DNA of 64,000 nucleotides from Candidatus Bathyarchaeia archaeon (GTDB lineage: Archaea > Thermoproteota > CALKCG01 > B24). Where the stretch lies: the NCBI GenBank assembly GCA_038870975.1, contig JAVZJD010000002.1, positions 320,001 through 384,000 on the forward strand. Direction: 5' to 3'. The translations under genes and the position numbers were made by a program. The notes under the pieces were generated by a model, which was given only the letters and a program-made list of their open reading frames with translations, was not told where the DNA came from and searched no databases. The stretch's first letter is position 1, and each line of letters begins with the position of its first letter. Below, one piece after another: positions 59,607-64,000 of this stretch.

Positions 59607-60143
59607 TTAAATAATGGGCATTCTCTCTATGATGCTTTTAGCCCACTGTTTGACTTTATCGTCTACTTCAACTACGACAACCCCTTCATTAGGTTGGCCG
59701 TATAGCACTATAGCTTTTAAAGGCGCCTCTGCGATTGCAATTAAAGTTAAAAGGTCTTCCTCACCTTCAACTCTAATCCAAGATGTACATCCATCAATTA
59801 GAGCTCTTTTAACGGTGTTTTCAGCTTCAGACGATATGTGGCCTGGTGGGTTGCGAACCGTGTAGATTTTTTCAACAATACCTGCAAGACCAGGTTCTTC
59901 TGTAGACGCCCTTAGACTTCTTGAGTCTGTTACGTATATATCTGCTTTTAAACCCATTTCTATCATGGTTTTAGAAACTATATCTCCAACTGTGATAAGC
60001 TTGACCCATCCCTTGGATTTTAGAAGCTCTTTAAGTTCAGAGGTGGTTTCACTAATAGTCCCTCTTATTAAGATTCCAGCTGGCTTTTTAAGAAGCTGTC
60101 TTAAGTCCTCTGTTAAGACCCTAAGGAAGTTACTTCTCATCAC
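59607..60143 (-). CDS. GTP-dependent dephospho-CoA kinase (DUF359)
   Basis: TVGDIVS, NPPGHI, VEGEEDL, YGQPNEG. Confidence 0.9.
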   Translation of the reverse strand: MMRSNFLRVLTEDLRQLLKKPAGILIRGTISETTSELKELLKSKGWVKLITVGDIVSKTMIEMGLKADIYVTDSRSLRASTEEPGLAGIVEKIYTVRNPPGHISSEAENTVKRALIDGCTSWIRVEGEEDLLTLIAIAEAPLKAIVLYGQPNEGVVVVEVDDKVKQWAKSIIERMPII

Positions 60144-60224
60144 GATTTTCGCCTCAATACAAATATTCAGAGTATAATAGAAAAATTTAAGTTAATAATT
60201 GGTTTTCTTAATTTGTGGTACTTC

Positions 60225-60953
60225 ATGTCGATAGTCGTTGAAACTAAAGGACTAAAAAAGCAGTATATCCTTCGAGGTGAAGTAGTTCACGCTTTAAGAG
60301 GTGTAGATTTAACGGTTGAGAGAGGCGAATACTTGTCTGTGATGGGCCCCTCGGGAAGTGGTAAAACTACGCTCTTCAACATGATAGGTGGACTTGACGA
60401 TCCCTCGGGTGGGTCTGTATTAATTGACGGAATAGAGATAGCTAGGATGAGTAAGAAGGAGAAGGCTTGGCTTAGAGCTCACAAGATAGGCTACATCTTC
60501 CAGACCTTTAATCTAATACCTGTTTTGACGGCTTTAGATAACGTAGCGCTACCTATGGTTTTCACGGGTAAGAAGAAGGAAGATAGGCTTAAAAAAGCGG
60601 AGGAGCTTTTAAAGACTGTCGGCCTTGGGGAAAGACTCTACCATAGACCTACTGAACTATCTGGAGGACAGCAGCAGAGAGTTGCAATAGCTAGAGCGTT
60701 GGCAAACGACCCTTCGATTGTTTTAGCCGATGAACCTACAGGAAACTTAGACTTAAACACAGGCTTTGCCATTGTAAACTTACTCTACAGGCTTAAAGTT
60801 GAGAGGAATACTACGGTTATATGCGCTACCCACGACTTGAAGATGATAGATGTTTCAGACCGCATTGCTTGGATTAGAGACGGCATGATTGAACGTATAG
60901 AGAAGAGGCAGTCCGTTGCTTTAACTTCGGAAGACCTTAAGATAGAACTCTAG
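60225..60953 (+). CDS. LolD/MacB-type ABC ATPase (orphan)
   Basis: GPSGSGKTT, IGYIFQTFNL, LSGGQQQR, LADEPTGNLD, CATHDLKM; likely ATG at 60225. Confidence 0.92.
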   Translation: MSIVVETKGLKKQYILRGEVVHALRGVDLTVERGEYLSVMGPSGSGKTTLFNMIGGLDDPSGGSVLIDGIEIARMSKKEKAWLRAHKIGYIFQTFNLIPVLTALDNVALPMVFTGKKKEDRLKKAEELLKTVGLGERLYHRPTELSGGQQQRVAIARALANDPSIVLADEPTGNLDLNTGFAIVNLLYRLKVERNTTVICATHDLKMIDVSDRIAWIRDGMIERIEKRQSVALTSEDLKIEL

Positions 60954-61100
60954 CGTTTAAAATATCATGGAACTACTTTCACATTCCAATGAATTTCCTA
61001 GCTGGTTTTATACAGTTTAAGATTCTCCTACAACAATTAAATTTAAATACTCCTTAACGACATTTCAAGCCTCTTGAAGAGAATAGGAGTGTGAATTCTC

Positions 61101-61253
61101 TTGGCTAAGAGAAGTTGGGACATAGAGGAAGAAGAGGAAGAAGAACCAGAGGAGGAAGAGTGGGAGGAAGAGGAGTGGGGAGAGGAAGAAGAGTGGGAAT
61201 GGGAAGAGGAAGAGCCTGAAGAAGAATGGGAGGAAGAGGAGGAAGAGTGGTAG
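61101..61253 (+). CDS. 50-aa Glu/Trp-rich acidic microprotein (not in ORF track)
   Basis: TTG start after AGGAGTG; MAKRSWDIEEEEEEEPEEEEWEEEEWGEEEEWEWEEEEPEEEWEEEEEEW; mixed GAA/GAG codons; TTTAAATA at about 61042. Confidence 0.7.
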   Translation: MAKRSWDIEEEEEEEPEEEEWEEEEWGEEEEWEWEEEEPEEEWEEEEEEW

Positions 61254-61342
61254 CTTTCTTAATTTAAAATCCCCCTTATTTTTATGAGCCTCTGTGAATG
61301 GACATAGTCTCAGTTTCTATTGAGATTTTCTAGGGTGGTTTA

Positions 61343-63148
61343 ATGGTTAGAGTAGCCGTCTTGGATAAAGAGAAGTGTAAACCGAAAGATTGCGGCTTAG
61401 TTTGCATAAGGTTCTGCCCTCCTGTTAGGAATGAATTAGACGCTATTAAGATGGAGGGAGACGGCTATCCGATTGTGAATGAAAAGTTGTGTGTGGGATG
61501 TGGATTATGTGTTAGGAAGTGTCCTTTTAAAGCATTATCCATAGTGAACCTTCCGGAGGAGTTGGAAAGAGATTGCTCACACAGGTTTGGTGTAAATGCT
61601 TTTAAACTCTACAGGCTTCCAATTCCAATAGCTGGTAGAGTCACGGGGCTTGTTGGTAAAAACGGTGTAGGTAAATCCACCTCTTTAATGATACTTGCTG
61701 GAGTCGTAAAGCCAAATCTTGGCAAGTTAACAGATCCCCCTGACTGGGATGAGATAATCCGCTATTATGGAGGGTCTCCGCTTCAAGATTACTTTAAAGG
61801 CTTAAGTTCAGGCTCTCTCAGGGTTGCGTATAAGCCTCAGTATGTCGATAAGATACCTATTGTTCATAGAGGAGTTGTAGGAGAGCTTCTATCTAGAGTT
61901 GACGATAGGGGGCTTATGAAGTCTGTATGTGGTGAGCTTGAGCTCGATGAAGTTTTGGATAGAGAGTTGTCTGTTTTAAGCGGCGGTGAACTTCAGAGAG
62001 TAGCTATAGCTGCCTGCTGTCTTAGAGATGTAGATGTGTATATTTTTGATGAGCCTTCAAGTTACTTGGATGTGAAGCAGAGGCTTTCCGTAGCTAGGCT
62101 CATAAGGAGGCTATGTGAATCCGGTAAAACAGTAATCGTAAGCGAGCATGATTTAGCCGTTTTAGACTATCTCTCAGATCAGGTTTGCATTCTATATGGT
62201 GAGCCTGGTGTTTACGGTATTGTTTCCCATCCTCACTCAGTTAGAGATGGGATAAACATATTTCTTAAAGGGTATATACCCGATGAAAACGTACGTTTCA
62301 GAGGGAATGAGATAAAATTCCACGTTAGACCCCCCATGGAAAGATATGCTTCTGATATGCCTATCATGGTTAAATGGGGCAACCTCATCAAAACGCTTGG
62401 AGAGTTTACTCTAAAAGTTGAACCGGGTGAAATAAGATTTGGAGAAGTCGTAGGGATACTGGGCCCAAACGGTATAGGTAAGACGACGTTCGTCAAAATC
62501 CTCGCTGGCATTTTAAAACCAGACGAAGGAAGTCCTCCGTCTGAGTCTTTAAAGGTAAGCTACAAGCCTCAATACTTATCGGCTGAAAACTACAGTGGTA
62601 CTGTTGAAGAACTTTTTAGAAAGGTTTTGGGGGATAGGTTTGGTTCGAGCTTTCTAGATGAAGAACTCCTCCAACCAATGGGTATCTACAAATTGTTTGA
62701 AAGAGAAGTGTCAAACCTAAGCGGTGGTGAACTTCAAAAGGTCGCTGTAGCTTTATGCTTATCTAGAGATGCAGATTTATACCTGTTAGATGAGCCGAGC
62801 GCCTACTTAGACGTTGAAGAGAGGTTTACAATAACCAAAGTCGTGAGGAGGATAGTGGAAAACCTTAGGAAGGCTGCGTTCATAGTGGAGCATGACCTAT
62901 CGGTGGCAGACTTCGTGGCAGACAAGCTCATGGTATTCACGGGTAAACCAGGCGTAGAAGGCGTCGCGTCTACACCCATGCCTTTGAGAGACGGAATGAA
63001 CAGGTTCCTATCGGAGCTTGAAGTGACTTTTAGAAGAGACCCTGATACTGGTAGACCGAGGGTCAATAAGTACGGGTCTAGGTTGGATAGATACCAGAAG
63101 TCCATAGGGGAATACTACTATATCCCCTTGAAGGAAGATACCTCTTAG
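61343..63148 (+). CDS. rli1: Ribosome recycling ATPase ABCE1/Rli1
   Basis: N-terminal Fe-S domain (CKPKDCGLVCIRFCP, CVGCGLCVRKCPF), two NBDs, YKPQY, FRRD..TGRPRVNK. Confidence 0.96.
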   Translation: MVRVAVLDKEKCKPKDCGLVCIRFCPPVRNELDAIKMEGDGYPIVNEKLCVGCGLCVRKCPFKALSIVNLPEELERDCSHRFGVNAFKLYRLPIPIAGRVTGLVGKNGVGKSTSLMILAGVVKPNLGKLTDPPDWDEIIRYYGGSPLQDYFKGLSSGSLRVAYKPQYVDKIPIVHRGVVGELLSRVDDRGLMKSVCGELELDEVLDRELSVLSGGELQRVAIAACCLRDVDVYIFDEPSSYLDVKQRLSVARLIRRLCESGKTVIVSEHDLAVLDYLSDQVCILYGEPGVYGIVSHPHSVRDGINIFLKGYIPDENVRFRGNEIKFHVRPPMERYASDMPIMVKWGNLIKTLGEFTLKVEPGEIRFGEVVGILGPNGIGKTTFVKILAGILKPDEGSPPSESLKVSYKPQYLSAENYSGTVEELFRKVLGDRFGSSFLDEELLQPMGIYKLFEREVSNLSGGELQKVAVALCLSRDADLYLLDEPSAYLDVEERFTITKVVRRIVENLRKAAFIVEHDLSVADFVADKLMVFTGKPGVEGVASTPMPLRDGMNRFLSELEVTFRRDPDTGRPRVNKYGSRLDRYQKSIGEYYYIPLKEDTS

Positions 63149-63150
63149 AA

Positions 63151-63168
63151 CCCTTAAATCATTAAGGG
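63151..63168. terminator. 7-bp inverted repeat just after ABCE1 (terminator or operator candidate)
   Basis: CCCTTAA-ATCA-TTAAGGG followed by T-rich sequence. Confidence 0.3.
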
Positions 63169-63265
63169 GTTTATGAGTAAAGTTTTTATTGAGTTTTAAA
63201 TTTTCCTCTTTTCTGTCGAATTTTAAGGTCTTTTCAACTATTCCAGCTCTACGGGGTGGGCTGGA

Positions 63266-64000
63266 ATGCCCGCTAAACCTGATTTTACAGTATGGCTTGT
63301 GACTTCCCGTTGTAATTTTCGCTGTAGCCACTGTTACAGCTACGATATAGTTGGTGAGTTGAGTGAAGATGAGGCTTTAAAGATCGCTGAGGAACTGGCG
63401 GATTTTTCAACACCAGTGGATATAACCGGTGGAGAGCCGTTGCTTTGGAAGCCTCTACGTAGCGTAGTAAGATTGCTTAGAGAGTGTGACGTAGATTTAT
63501 CCATACAGTCGAACCTCTCAATATTGGATAGTGACTATGCTAAGTTTCTCAGCGACTTAGGAGTCTTCATATTTACGAGCTTGGATGGTCCGTCTAGGGA
63601 AGTTCATGATAAGTTGAGGGGTTTTGGAAGCTGGGACTCCTTAATACGTAGTCTTAAGCTACTCAAAGGATTTGGATTAGACTTTGCAACGGTTACAACG
63701 ATTACTAGGGTAAATTTACACGTATTAACAGATGTACTTAAGCTTTCTAGGGAGCTGGGGGCTTCATATGCGGCGTTCATACCGATAATACCTATTGGAA
63801 GAGCCAGGTATAACGATCAACTCAATATTGAGCCTGTTGAACTTCTCAACGCTGTTATATCCATCCGAGATTCTACCGATGCTCTAGGCTTTAAAGCAGC
63901 AATCTGGTGTGCGCCATTCCTATCTTCAGTAGGGTCTACAAAGTACTTCTACGTCGGAGACTGCCCGATCTATAGGGCTTGGGATATTCTCCCAGATGGT
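63266..64000 (+). CDS. Radical SAM protein (SPASM/Twitch-type), 3'-truncated by the window edge
   Basis: ATG at 63266 after GGGGTGG; CNFRCSHCY, TGGEP, SLDG...HDKLRG, PIGRA, ends C..YRAWDILPDG. Confidence 0.88.
   Translation, partial: MPAKPDFTVWLVTSRCNFRCSHCYSYDIVGELSEDEALKIAEELADFSTPVDITGGEPLLWKPLRSVVRLLRECDVDLSIQSNLSILDSDYAKFLSDLGVFIFTSLDGPSREVHDKLRGFGSWDSLIRSLKLLKGFGLDFATVTTITRVNLHVLTDVLKLSRELGASYAAFIPIIPIGRARYNDQLNIEPVELLNAVISIRDSTDALGFKAAIWCAPFLSSVGSTKYFYVGDCPIYRAWDILPDG

Noticed and set aside
61120-61250. GA-rich tract as CRISPR array or microsatellite
   Set aside because: No repeat-spacer structure; codon-phased variation fits a protein-coding ORF.
99-63331. Many 60-160 aa antisense or alternate-frame ORFs in the track (e.g. 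20101-20580, 27358-27747, 34106-34495, 47041-47466, 58589-58975, 63008-63331)
   Set aside because: They overlap well-supported genes and have Ser/Ile/Pro-rich shadow composition with no motifs.
1-64000. CRISPR-Cas, rRNA, intact transposases, inteins, selenoproteins
   Set aside because: No supporting repeats, motifs or in-frame insertions seen by eye; subtle cases could have been missed.

Overview
Gene-dense, moderately AT-rich archaeal chromosome segment. Ribosomal protein S30e points to a TACK/Thermoproteota-type archaeon, and the gene content suggests a Bathyarchaeia-like lineage (inference). It holds about 58 intact CDS, one tRNA-Lys(CTT), and no rRNA, CRISPR array or intact transposase that I can see. 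Housekeeping content includes thiC-thiDN, thrB-thrC-hom-lysC, purA, pyrD-pyrK, aroC-pheA, the lower archaeal (Aeropyrum-type) mevalonate pathway to GGPP, DRG, S3Ae/Pcc1/DHH, DPCK and ABCE1. The most unusual elements are: (1) a catabolic cluster at 50.1-56.8 kb with a divergent NagA-like amidohydrolase, an apparently dead aldolase paralog, a class I aldolase fused to a 4x[4Fe-4S] ferredoxin, a tungsten AOR and an FGGY kinase; (2) an uncharacterised FtsX-like + OPT-like + DUF6785-like transport module at 1-6.6 kb, with a possible orphan ATPase at 60.2 kb; (3) a decayed island at the tRNA-Lys 3' end with a single-repeat TBP-like ORF, PaREP1, two GNAT pseudogenes and a possible integrase remnant; (4) an SHMT homolog lacking folate-chemistry residues, divergent from the threonine operon; (5) two small proteins, a PIG-P/DPM2-like membrane protein and a 50-aa Glu/Trp-rich peptide before ABCE1 (the latter absent from the ORF track). 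All family assignments come from motif recognition by eye; no database searches were run.
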